From Lingula anatina (taxonomy: Eukaryota > Animalia > Brachiopoda), in contig CM120646.1 of the NCBI GenBank assembly GCA_051362555.1, positions 17,174,001-17,238,000 on the forward strand: a stretch of 64,000 nucleotides of DNA. The letters are read 5' to 3'. Within the stretch, counting starts at the first letter, position 1. Each line of letters begins with the position of its first letter. Of the stretch, positions 40,412-51,871 are shown piece by piece. Under the pieces are notes generated by a model. The model ran no database searches, was not told where the DNA came from, and worked only from the letters and a program-made list of their open reading frames with translations. A program made the position numbers and the translations under genes.

Positions 40412-40630
40412 GGAAAGGGGGGGGGGGGCTACTTGATTGACGACGGCTTCATATTGACCGTCTCATCAAAAACTATTTCTTAGTTTGTTTTTTCTTAAAT
40501 CAAGGCTTTACGTTTTTTATTATTGAATATTTTCCCAAATAATTCGGCCTTTATATGGCAGAGGCACCATACATTATTGTTTGTACACAATTACTTGTTC
40601 CTCGCTGACGGGATGTTTAGAAATGCCAGT

Positions 40631-40631
<1 letters not shown>

Positions 40632-40688
<57 letters not shown>
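40632..40688. repeat. 57-nt poly-A tract
   Basis: Direct reading; this explains the poly-K and poly-F ORFs. Confidence 0.9.
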
Positions 40689-40689
<1 letters not shown>

Positions 40690-42751
40690 GAAATTACCTG
40701 TAAAACTTACTTGTCGTCCAGACATTTTATGTTTGTTTGTTTTCAAATTTTGATTATTTCCAGTTAACCCTTCTACCATTTTACCCTGCAAATTAGGTGT
40801 ATGATAATTTTGCAAAAAGAAGTATTTAAGGGTCTAGGGAGGGGGTACATGTATCTTGGAGCGACATGATCGTATACTATGACACTACAAATACTTAAAC
40901 CTTCAGAGGGAATCCCCTTAAATACAAAAAAATAGAAATTGTTCATCCGATCGGATTTTTACAAGTATGCCACTGTAGACTGTAGATCTACAGGTACACA
41001 GGGGTATCAGCTGGCTAAAAAGACGAAATCATCTACTTTCATGTACGTCCTTGACGGTTACAAAGGTATCTTCAGCTGGAAAGAGGCTGGGCGTAGGAAG
41101 ATATTTGGGTCGTCGCGTGGGATGAGATAAGGTCGAGTTCGTAAAAAACACATTTGACGCTTTTTGTATAGTATGCATACCCATCTTTGGCACTTAGATT
41201 TAAATTGTAATGCAGTGTATTATGAATGAGCGCAGCTGTCGGACACAAAATTAATAATTTTGTTAATTTAAAATAAAATATTGCATAGGCCTACATGACA
41301 ACACGTAGCCAAACAGTTCGAACTGTTTTTTGAACCTAGTCAATAATCTTAGCTGATAAAAAAACGCCGATATAAAATGACCTTAACCTTGTCGGCTATT
41401 CATATAATGCACCCGCCCCCTCTTCATTTATTCCTACATTTCAACTCAAACGTATTTTTACGGGTTGGTTTTGATGTCATTCACCCCTCCCCAATTGCCA
41501 CAATACCAATCAAGCTAAAAACAAAACGAGAAGCAGCGATTGTTTAGTCTACCTTATTGAAGACAGTGGGCATAACACGAGAAAGCTTTGCATACTGGGA
41601 TGGAAAAAAGAGGTTTAATACATGTAACAGCTAGTTTGCTCTTATCTGATTTTTTGGGTTCACTTTGAAGCTTTGGGAAAGGTACCAGTAATCTGTTCAT
41701 AGGCCATTTGGACACTGATGCATGTAGATGGCAACGGCTTAAAATCATTGGAGGAACCATAAAGAAATTTATTCTCTAAAATGCAATTGTAAATGGAAAC
41801 AGTTCGGATGCAGCAACAGGAAAGTTTTTATGATGCAAGGAACTCTGTGATTATATAGTCACATATGTTTCACTTTATGTTAAGGCTTATTTGACAAGAA
41901 CAAAGACATATGCCCCATTCCCCTAGACACCAGCATTCAGCGAAGAGAGCTGCGGAGCCGGAACGTAGAACGAATCTTTCATTGTGAATGAACTCTTCAT
42001 GGCATCTAGTGGTATTTTGCATAAGGAATTTTAAAAAAATCTCGACTCGACTATATCCCGCGCTGATAACCTAACAAGACAGAATAATCTATCTGTATTC
42101 TCAAAATACCGGCTGAAGTTTCAGAGAGTCCACCAGACCAAATTGTAAGTCCATTTTTGGGTTTATAAAATGTCCTTTTTTGTTTCAGTAAGTAGACTAC
42201 CGAATTTGAGAGGAGCAGATATGATAAGCTACAAATCAAACCTCTCTTATCCATGTAAAAAGAGGAAGGGTCTCTGAGGTCCGAAGTTCGAAATATTGTG
42301 CCATTCTATCACAAACAGTGTTACCATAAGATTTGTTTTTCTATTTTAGCAACGGCACAGTTTGAGAGCCCCGAAATTTGGGTGTAAATACATTTTGTTA
42401 AATTACCTTTGATGAGTTTTAAAAATTCAACTGATGGATGGTAATGTCTGCTTTATAACTACTACATACAACCCCAAAATAACAAAAATTTTGTCCGAAA
42501 TTGAAAAAATTCCAATAAAAAATTCAATGCGATAAACATGCAACCTAATTTAGGTAACCTTGTGTGGTATCCTTTAAGCGTAATAATTTTTTCTGCATTT
42601 ATCAATGGATTATCTCTTACAATTGGCAGGTTAGAAAAAAAGCTGTTAAAGGTCCATAAATACAGTTAAAGAGATACTGAAAGAGATGCATGTACAAAAG
42701 CGACGTAAAATACTATATTCAACAGAACTTTCTTTTTTAAAGCGAGTGTTA

Positions 42752-43930
42752 GGGGAGACCGGGGCTGGTTTGACCCCGGGGTAAGGTAGCCCTTAGTCAA
42801 AAAGTAAAAATCCTGTATCCAACAATGTCAAGAAGGGCGTCGGTTGTAAAAAGTTTTACTTAAGCGGTGAGTCCTAAATGAAAGACATTGCATCGTCAAA
42901 TAGTTTAGATTAAAAGTACCTTTGTTCAATTAATTTGAAAATTTGTTTTCATAGGCTTGTGATTGAATAAAGTATGCAGATAGGCCATCAAAAGCTATTT
43001 GCTTCAAATTTGATAGAAATATCTTGTCGTTGTCCATTCTAGCGCCAAAATGGCTGCAAGCTTTTAAAATGAAAATGCGCACCTGGGACTACATGTAGTT
43101 GTACATGTACGACCTGGCTTGGGCAAGTTGGACCATCTTTTTGACCACAATCCTTTGCGCGCAACAGAGCCATAGATCATTATCAAGGATTTGGGACAGT
43201 CAAGGATTTGGGAAATGATTACCTGAAAATGCTAGTTACGTTTAAATCAAGAGTTTATTATTTTTCAAAAATCAGTTTTATATTATTATCAGTTTAAACA
43301 GATATATCCTTTGTTTGAAATTATCACACGAAGAATTCACACCGGGAGACCAAAACTACATATATGATTAGTGTGATGTGAAAACAAAGTCAAGGTTTTG
43401 TTAAATAAATACCAGTATACGGTTGAAATTGTTACTCACTCTTAAAACAATAGTTTATTATTTGTTATCAATCATTAAAAACCTGTTTTAATATCATAAT
43501 TAGTTAAATGAAAATTAAAAAAAAAAACAAGTTTGATTGATACATATTTGGGGTCTCATTATGTTTTTTTCAACATATACAAAATTAATGAAGGTAACAT
43601 ATTGAAACTTCTGTATATCGGCTTCATTTAAACTTATATTTTAACAAAAACTATAAAAATCAATTTAATAAAATTAAAATGTGTGAAAATGCATTTCATG
43701 GCGTTAACATATTTACTGTTATTAAGTATAGGGTGCCAACTTGGCCCCACCCCTGACGTCAGTTTACGTTTTAATAGTCAAATTGTAAGCCATCTGACAT
43801 TAACTTTGCAAAGTAATGACGCTGCATTATGTGAGTAGTCTTTGTTCTAAAACCAGTTTGTTGCTCTAACCCATTCTTGGCTCTAGAAGGCCCAAAATGT
43901 CTATCTGGGCCAACTAGCCCCGCCCACCCC
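42752..43930. mobile_element. 1.18-kb non-autonomous DNA transposon with TA TSD (Tc1/mariner-superfamily-like)
   Basis: TIRs GGGGAGACCGGGGCTGGTTTGACCC / GGGCCAACTAGCCCCGCCCACCCC with TA on both sides. The empty site gcgagtgtTActtt is present in copy B at 56527. Confidence 0.85.
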
Positions 43931-43940
43931 TACTTTACTT

Positions 43941-44095
43941 ACTTCCGTTTAACCCACGAAATTCTTTTTTAAAAATGATTGCCAGCGTAGCCTACATCTG
44001 TCTAGAAATGGCGGCCAAAGGAGTTTTCAAGCTTATCATTTGGATCTTCTCGTGAAAAATTGCTCTGTTTTTATTAATAATATATATGCAGAGAG
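43941..44095 (+). promoter_or_regulatory. Probable promoter and non-coding exon 1 of GT gene 1
   Basis: ETS motif ACTTCCG (43941), YY1 motif AAATGGCGGC (44006-15), donor GAG|GTAAGT (GT at 44096). Confidence 0.55.
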
Positions 44096-44822
44096 GTAAG
44101 TTTTATTGTTAGAAAAACCATATTTTAATCAATTTTGATTCACTTTCCTTTTCCTCGTGAATGTTAATTGGGTCAACTTACGAGAGAATACTGCTAATAA
44201 ATGGCCGCAGGTTTAGCAGTGTTGACACATGTGAATATGTCTAAAATATCCTCAACAATCAAAATAATAAGGCGCAAATAAAGTATTTTATGATATTTTT
44301 GTGTAGCTAGGGAAAGAGTTGTAAAAATAGAGAGCTTGAGGGTAGCAGAGCTTGGATTATCACGCCTTCCATGTCAAAATTTACAGAAATAAAGAAGGTG
44401 AATACTACAAAAAACCATATATTCTTTCCATCATGTTTAAATAGAGTTTTAGAGGCCCTCCACTTTCCACTTTCCACCCGTGGTACTTCTGTTCTCCCCC
44501 CCCCCCCCCCACCCCCCACACCTTTGGTGTTCACTACAGCTTTTCTTGCACCTTCGTCTGATACTAACGCCCAACGAATGCAATGCCCATATGAATCACT
44601 CAGCCATTGAAACATTGTGTCTATTACATGTACACTAGTGTGATGTTTTTGTTCTGAATTGTTTGAAGAGTGGAAGTTGGGAAGAGAGAATTGTCAGAGA
44701 CGGTCACCCAACTTGATTGGCCTATTAAAAAATATGTATATTTAAAACGGTTCTCCTTTTTTCACGCTGTTTCTTCTCTTTTATACAGAATTTTGTCTTT
44801 ATTTCTAATTTTACATTGCCAG

Positions 44823-44916
44823 ATGACGGCCGAAGTGTGTAGACGCTGGAAATGGACATTTGCCCTGCTGCTGCTATTAGGGGTTGCATCATTAGTTTTA
44901 ATGTATTATCATACAG
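44823..44916 (+). CDS. GT gene 1, coding exon 1: short cytoplasmic tail and type II TM anchor (MTAEVCRRWKWTFALLLLLGVASLVLMYYHT)
   Basis: Acceptor cattgccag|ATG and donor CAG|GTAAGT (phase 1) splice in frame to 46606. The exon is conserved in the paralogue. Confidence 0.88.
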
Positions 44917-45324
44917 GTAAGTGAATGGTGTGGGCATACCATAACATCTCTCCCCGTGCAGTAAGAACTGAATATGATATCGGTATATTACCAGATTATC
45001 ACGATGGACAATACAATACAATTACTGAGTACCTTGTAATTTAATATGCACTGTTAGTTACAGAGATTGCTGTCGGAAATACATGTGTGCCTTGAACTTC
45101 TCAATAATAGTATATATATTCGCAACTGGATATTTCAATGGGAAGCATGAATCAAAACAAATTACGACTGGTCTTTGCACGAATTCATTCACGAACTTAA
45201 GACATATGCACAGCAAACACTTCCGTTGTGATTTTAATCCGTGGAACCTCGATATGGAAGCAGTACGTGTGCAATCATACACCGAATTGAATTTGATTTT
45301 AATTAAAATATTAAAATATTGTTA

Positions 45325-45720
45325 AGGACACTGTTAGCCCATGCCAAAGCTTCCGATTTACTGCCTTGCATACATTCTTCTTGCTAACAAATAAATCTTC
45401 GGTGTTCATTAACTAAATAATTAACATTTACACACGTCATCTCACGGATGACGTCAAAATTTTAATTTTGGGGTATTAATTGAAAAATCAGCTTCTCAAA
45501 TTTCTCCTTTACCCGAACACCTACAAACATCGTTTCAACGCCAATTTAATGACACCATTTAGTACTTCAGAACCCTGCTAGCGGTTTTTCCTAAAAGCCT
45601 TAGTTCAGGTTCTATCGTTTACAAAGCAAAATAATGGGTCTGTTTAATAAAAATCTGTAATTAGGGGCTTCTTACTCCATAACAAGACAATAAAACCAAA
45701 ATGGCGTCACGGAATTAAAG
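45325..45720. mobile_element. Dispersed repeat fragment (TTAA-GG end, Kolobok-like?), inverted relative to 54270-54590
   Basis: 45330-45660 is the diverged reverse complement of ~54270-54590. Both loci have a ttaagga(c/t)actgt end (45322 and 53895). Confidence 0.55.
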
Positions 45721-46605
45721 GCCCATAGACTTGTCGTCAACTATGCCAATTTTCGAGTCTCTGTTTCGATGGCTAATGGTGACCAACAGCACGTTTTAGT
45801 TTTACATTAATTGCCAATCACAAGACTTGCTAACTGATTGTCCATACATTGAAGGTGCTCTCTTTGAATTTCAGACACATGTAACAGGTTTTATTGCACT
45901 GATTTTTTACAGCATATTACCTATCAAATTTAAAGGTCTGGACTTTCCACAACAAATATTGTCTTTATATATTCATGGTGCAATGATATTGTAAAGCGTA
46001 TCTTTATTTCACTAAAATGTTTATTTAAAAAAATTGACGACCCAAAATAAACATCAAAATCCTGAAATGCAAGACAGATATTCGTAAAGAGTATTGCATT
46101 GGAGGAGTTTCCTTTGATTGAAGCTCACGAGGTTAAGATGAGAGGTTCAGTTCCATCTTATAATAGAAATAACATGTATTACACACAAATGTCCAAGGTG
46201 ACGTTAATGAAATCGCGTTACAATGTTAAACCTATAGTTTTGATCATGGAAATATATACTGAATCTGGTGACGCACGACAAGCTTTTTGGAACTAAACTT
46301 GCTTGTTCGGTTTTGGACTTTTCTCTTTAATTAGGACAGCTATCATATCTATTTTAATGGCACACACATTGTAGAAGCTTCCATGATATACTAAATTAAA
46401 ATGCTTTTAAATTGCTTTAATTGATTAGTACGTAAAACTGATGATTGTATTTCGTTTAACTATAGTGAACGCGTTCTTCTTTATACCGAGACACCCATAC
46501 GTATATTATATGAACGATATTTATATGAATTAATATCAGTATTGGTACATATGCCATAAGAAATACATGTTACACCAATGCCTACAAAAATTAGTTTCAT
46601 TCCAG

Positions 46606-49433
46606 GTGGCCTACTGAATGTTTTAGCCCCCCTCAAGGCTGGAGAGCAAGTTACTGTTACATCGTATGTGTCGCCACCTATTGGCAACGCCAGCTTGGTG
46701 CCATCTTCAGCAAAAGAGAAAGTGAACGCAAGTCGCAATTTGGGGAATAAGACGCAACCCCTCAAGTCACCTAAGGGGGAAATCACACACCTCGAGAATC
46801 AAGGTACTCTTTTCCGTTTAACACGCATTTTGCCAACTGCCATGCCAACAGTTAATGAGTCAGTATCACCTGTATCAACATTCATGAAAGAGGATTCGTT
46901 AATAAAACGATATAAACAATTACTCCCCAATCAAAATACATCTTCAGACCTTCTCATGGTGTGGTCGCACTACACCGCAATCCCACAACCTTTAATGGAT
47001 AAAATAGACACGTTTTTCAAGTTGAATCCGGAAAGAAATGTAGTATTTGTGTGTGGCAGTAGTAAATGCATGGATCAAATAAACGACAAGTTACGTGAAC
47101 ACGCGAGAATACTGCGGTTACGCTTGCCTGCGCTAGCAAAGGGTAGTCCTCTAGATGATTTCGTTCCCAAATCCGCAATTCTCAAATTGGTCATGGGCCG
47201 TAGATTTCAAGTGCTCATGCATGAAGTAAGTGTTTTGCTCGCACTGTGGACATTTGGTGGGCTGTACATAGATATACAGTCAGTTATGACGTCAAAGGTA
47301 CCAGATGAATATTTCAAGGGTGAATGGATGGGTAATAAAAGTATATTTTCGATATCCAGATTTGAGCGACGCTCTCAGGTCATCAAAAATGCCATGGGTG
47401 TTATTCAGTGGGCTTACAGCAGTCACAATAGAAGTCAAATCCTAAAATGGGACACTGATTCAATTTTGTGGAGTTCAAAGGTTTTGAACTACTTAAAGAA
47501 AAGGACAATTGAAGTGGACCTTAGGAAACCTGTAATAAAGTCTTTGCGAGGTGGCCATTATGGGGTATTAACTCATGACAATCAAACAAAAGTTATCAAC
47601 AACGGGGATGAGATTCAGACATTAGCAGCGCTACAATTTCTTCCTTTTGTCGACCGATTTGTGGACCGTGACACGTGGGACATCACGTGCATAGACACAC
47701 ATAAGCAGACGGACAATGTTGACATATTTGTAAATGTTACGGAAAACACTAGAAAGAAAAAGCATGATAACGAGACAATAACGATATTTCTAAACGCACG
47801 GTATAACGCCGGTGACATTATATGGCCCCCAAAAAGTAATCTGAATCCTTTAATACTATCAGTGTATTTTGGACCAAATTCCTGGAAGAAGCTATTTACT
47901 GAACCAGGCAAAAATTACCTAAAAGAACATGGTCCTGTAGGAGCTCGCGATCAGAGTACATTCAAAGTTTTACGAGATAAGAATATTCCAGTGTATATGT
48001 CGGCCTGTTTGACACTTTTGATTCACAATGGCAATTCAGACTCAAAAAGAGAGGATGTACTTGTCGTTGACGTGGATCGGCGAGCTGTAGAATTAATTGT
48101 TCCTTATCACATACGAAAATCGGTAATTACTGCCACTCATAACTTGCCCAGTTCGATGAAATTTGACATAATAGCGCGCTATGAAGCAGCAAACCATTTA
48201 ATGGAACAATATTCACGCGCGAAACTGGTTTTGACGTCACGCATCCATTTTGCACTTCCATGCGTTGCCATGGAAATTCCAGTGGTTTTTGTAAAAACGG
48301 CGCTTTCACCTAAAGGAGAAAGGGATCGAACAGACGGTTTAACAGAACTTTTTCATACGGTTACCGTGGACAAAATGATGACGTCATACAAAGGGATGGA
48401 AAACTTCAATTGGGACAAACCAGAAATTAATCCAAATCGGGAAATAAGCATGCGGTTTCGCGACTCTATGTGGCAGGAGATACAAAAATTCCCAGCGTTG
48501 CGAGAAACGGCGATTACATTTGGGAGAGTACCTTTGAAAACAGGCAGTAGATTTAACCCTAATAAGCGCCCAGTGTTAACCTTCTTTCAGGTTTACACAA
48601 CGAATGAAGTGACACGGTGGAATCGACGTTCACTCGAGAGTATTTTTTACCACCATCCCAATGCAAAAGTGCGCATTTTAAGCAACGCACTGTCACAAGC
48701 AAAGGTTTCTGCCTTCAATAAAGCAGGCTTCCATGTACAGGTCAGAAACTATACTCTGAGAGGCTTACTAAAGCGAATACAAAATTTGGAGCCTCGAACT
48801 TTTACAAATCCCTCAGAGGTGTTTTTGAAAAGATTACCTGTTATTTCCAAGGGATCATTTTGGTTTAGCCACGAAACTGATTTGATTAGGATAATAATGC
48901 TGTATCTATATGGTGGCGTTTATATGGACACTGACGTTATTTTAGTAAAAAGTTTACAGAATTTGTATAATGTAACTGCATGGGAAAACAAAGACCATTC
49001 GGCGCTAAATGGAGCTGTTCTCAAGTTTGATAAGCGAAATCCTTTCCTCCGTGAGTGCATAAAAGAATTCTTAGATAACTATCAGCAGAATGTCTGGGGA
49101 GCGAATGGACCATTGCTCCTCACTCGCATGGCGAAAAAATATCCCACGTGGATATGTAATGTTAGCCGCGCCGAAGACGCACAAAAAGAAAAGTCCTGCA
49201 TAGTTAGATGCTTATATCGGCAATCATTTTACCCAATACAGTTTCGTGAATTAAAAACAAAGTGTTTCATTGAAAACGGCACGTTTGACATTCAGCGTGC
49301 GTTGCTTTCAGAAGCTTTTGCTGTGCATTTGTTTCATCAGTTTACAAAGAGTTATACAAAGACCACAAAGCCTGGAACGCTGTGTCGGTACCTACTTAAC
49401 AATTTTTGTATTTTCTGCAGTGATTTAGTTTAA
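46606..49433 (+). CDS. GT gene 1, coding exon 2 (spliced protein ~973 aa): stem + degenerate GT32 + polysaccharide pyruvyl transferase-like domain + GT32 alpha-1,4-glycosyltransferase (A4GALT/A4GNT-like)
   Basis: Acceptor tttcattccag|GT, phase 1. Motifs: LWTFGGLYIDIQ; NNGDEIQ, VGARDQST, LTSRIHFALPCVAMEIPVVF; RRSLESIFYHHP, SHETDLIRIIMLYLYGGVYMDTDV, NGAVLKF, WGANGPLLLTR, FYPI, AVHLF. Confidence 0.92.
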
Positions 49434-49847
49434 CTAGTTATATTGCATGTACCCGATAAAAGACCGAGGAGGAGCTGCGTAGCTGCCCATCGGTACTCCT
49501 TTAGCGATGGTAAAGGCCACGGAAGACTGGTCTAGTGACGCGGTATTCCAACACATGAAGCCTTCGGCAGATATGAAATGTGATGTAGTGTTGAAAGCGA
49601 TGTTGAGAGTTTGAACAAAAACGTAAATTCGACGTCCTTGTTTGAACTAGTGTTTATATTGTTATGACACGTAAATGCGCTGAAAAACAGTAACATGTGA
49701 CTGCTCCTAAAAGACAACCTCGTGGTCCACTGTAATGATATGCATATATGATATGAAGTGATATGCAGTTTATAGTACAAATAACGTCAGTTCTATACCC
49801 CCTCACCCACTCATACTCTGGGTTAAGGATTTTGAACAGCTGCGCTT

Positions 49848-49895
49848 AGTAATATTGCTACCTGTATCTTTTAAAATACAGGTAGCAATATTACT
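49848..49895. repeat. Hairpin with perfect 20-bp arms, 3' of GT gene 1
   Basis: agtaatattgctacctgtat-cttttaaa-atacaggtagcaatattact. Confidence 0.85.
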
Positions 49896-49998
49896 TATAA
49901 TAATAATAATAATAAACTTTTGGTTTTTTAAAAACAAAAATAAACTTTTGGTTTTTTAAAAACAATATTTCAAAAGTGTTGCAATTCATTCACATATG

Positions 49999-51654
49999 CA
50001 GACTTGACATTAATATGGAATATTTTTTCCAAATCTTTTTTCATCAGTTTTTTTTCCTATTTTACTGACTGATAAATAAAAATAAGGATTAAAATCGTGT
50101 TTATATAACTTTTAATTAACTTTTAATTGTGACATCAGTTCATTAATTGAATTCGCCAGAGAGGCAAACAGAAACATATTGCCTATTCTATGTCATACGA
50201 CAACCATTAAAAGTGATATTTTGGATCTCCATATTTTCCAAATTTATGTCTGTAAAAGAGTTACACGCTCCACAAAGGACCCTCATGTCAGTGTCTAGTC
50301 ACAGTAACGGTCGCTGTTACGCCTGACCTCTTCTGGCTGCTACCAGCGCTCTCAAGTGGCAAGGCATTCCTTGGGATAGGTTTTTAGAGGTCAATCTGGA
50401 ATAACATTTCAACCATCGGTCAAAATCTGTCCAATTTGGTCCAGTTTTGTTGTAGGACATGTAGGCCATGGATTTGGCGAGTAATGGCCTACCCACACAT
50501 TGTCTATATGGTTCAAATATGGCGATTTTGATGACCAAGGTGGCTGCCCATTCCCTTGGTTCTGTAAGTAATTTGCTATGAAAAGTGCTCTGTGTGAATC
50601 GGCAATCTCACTGTGCAACCTAAAATTGTTCCTAAGGTGCCCCCTATCAAATGATAGTCAAGTGGTTCCCAGATTATTCCTTTATTTGATCTGGTTCAGG
50701 TTTTTGTCATTGGCTACAATTGGTGTTTTGGCACCAATGTGATATCCACTCCAAATACTGATGCGGTTAATGGCCTTAGTCACTAAAGGCGCGGCACAGG
50801 CTTCGTCGTTGGCCTCTTCTGGGTGTCTCTAAACTCTGTTTTGACTAGTTGATCGGTACAGGTGAAATCTGACCTCAATAAAGAAAGCCACGAGATTTCA
50901 GTGTTCTACCCAGAAACGGTCAAGGTCCCCAATTCATTAGAGAGACATACAATGATGTTTTGCTGTTTACAGTGGGTTCCTCGGAGGTCGTATGGTATTC
51001 TAACTTGCTAAAATCAGTTTGGTTTTCCCTAAGGGCCCTGAAAAATGCGTTTTGGTGGCAATTTACCCTTCATTCTGAACGAACTGGGTGGTTTTTGTTT
51101 AGTTGCAACAACATATCCCGAAAGACAGTGGGTCCTGTACCCTGGTGGTAAGATTTTAATACATTGGGTGTGGCCTCTGTGTAGGTACATCAGTCTGGGC
51201 TTTACACTATAAAACTGTGCGGACCGTTTCGTTTGGCGCAATTATCTGTCTGGCAATGTCTCTCTTTTTCGCGCCATTCTGCCAAAGATTAACAAATTTG
51301 TAAAGCACTGCATAGCTAATTTTACACATTGCATATCCGACCACTTGCATGCAAAATTTCAAATTCCTTTATGTAGTAGTTGCCGAGATATGGTTACTTA
51401 TTTGACAGAACCATGCTTTGCCAAATCCAAGCTTTGACCTGCCCAAAGGAGCACTACCCAATTAAATCACTTGATATTACATAATGCAGCAGCGCAACAA
51501 ACCTGGTATTCAGTTAATTGGTAGCGACACACCTGGCTACACACTTCTCCATTCACATATCTTATATGAGATCGGAGTTTTTTGAAAAAAAGAACGCATT
51601 ATTACCAAGGCGTACCTTCGAAACTGAAATATTCCATATTAAATGTCAAGTCTG
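49999..51654 (-). mobile_element. Fossil Tc1-family transposon (~1.66 kb)
   Basis: TIRs CAGACTTGACATT(T)AATATGGAATATTT at both ends, with TA after the right end. Contains a decayed transposase. Confidence 0.88.
50317..51260 (-). pseudogene. Degraded Tc1 DD34E transposase
   Basis: Minus-strand fragments FFIEVRFHL..RV*RHPEE (cf. FSDESRF..RVWRRPGE), ISIWSG (cf. VMVWGG), PWSSKSPYLNHIDNVW (cf. WPSxSPDLNPIENVW) and GMPCHLRALVAARRG (cf. SMPRRxxAVIAAxGG), with stops and frameshifts. Confidence 0.85.
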
Positions 51655-51656
51655 TA

Positions 51657-51871
51657 TGTTGATGTACTTTGTTTAAGTACATGTACATGTAGTTGCCTTT
51701 ATTATAGTGTAACTTATAAATGTAGTTTTAATAAACTTCAAACTTTTTAAATAGTGCATGTATAAGACAATATCGGTCTTGAAAGTTTATTTTAAAAAAC
51801 TAAATTTATAAGTTACATTACTATAATAACGGTAACTACATGTACTTAAACAAAGTACATGTACATCAACA
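51657..51871. repeat. AT-rich foldback, ~85-90-bp arms
   Basis: tgttgatgtactttgtttaagtacatg...ataaacttcaa is inverted to ttgaaagtttat...catgtacttaaacaaagtacatgtacatcaaca. Confidence 0.85.

Noticed and set aside
46578-46605. ORF-track starts at 46578 (ATG) and 58350 (GTG)
   Set aside because: Both lie in the intron just upstream of conserved acceptors; the real N-termini come from the TM exons at 44823 and 57447.
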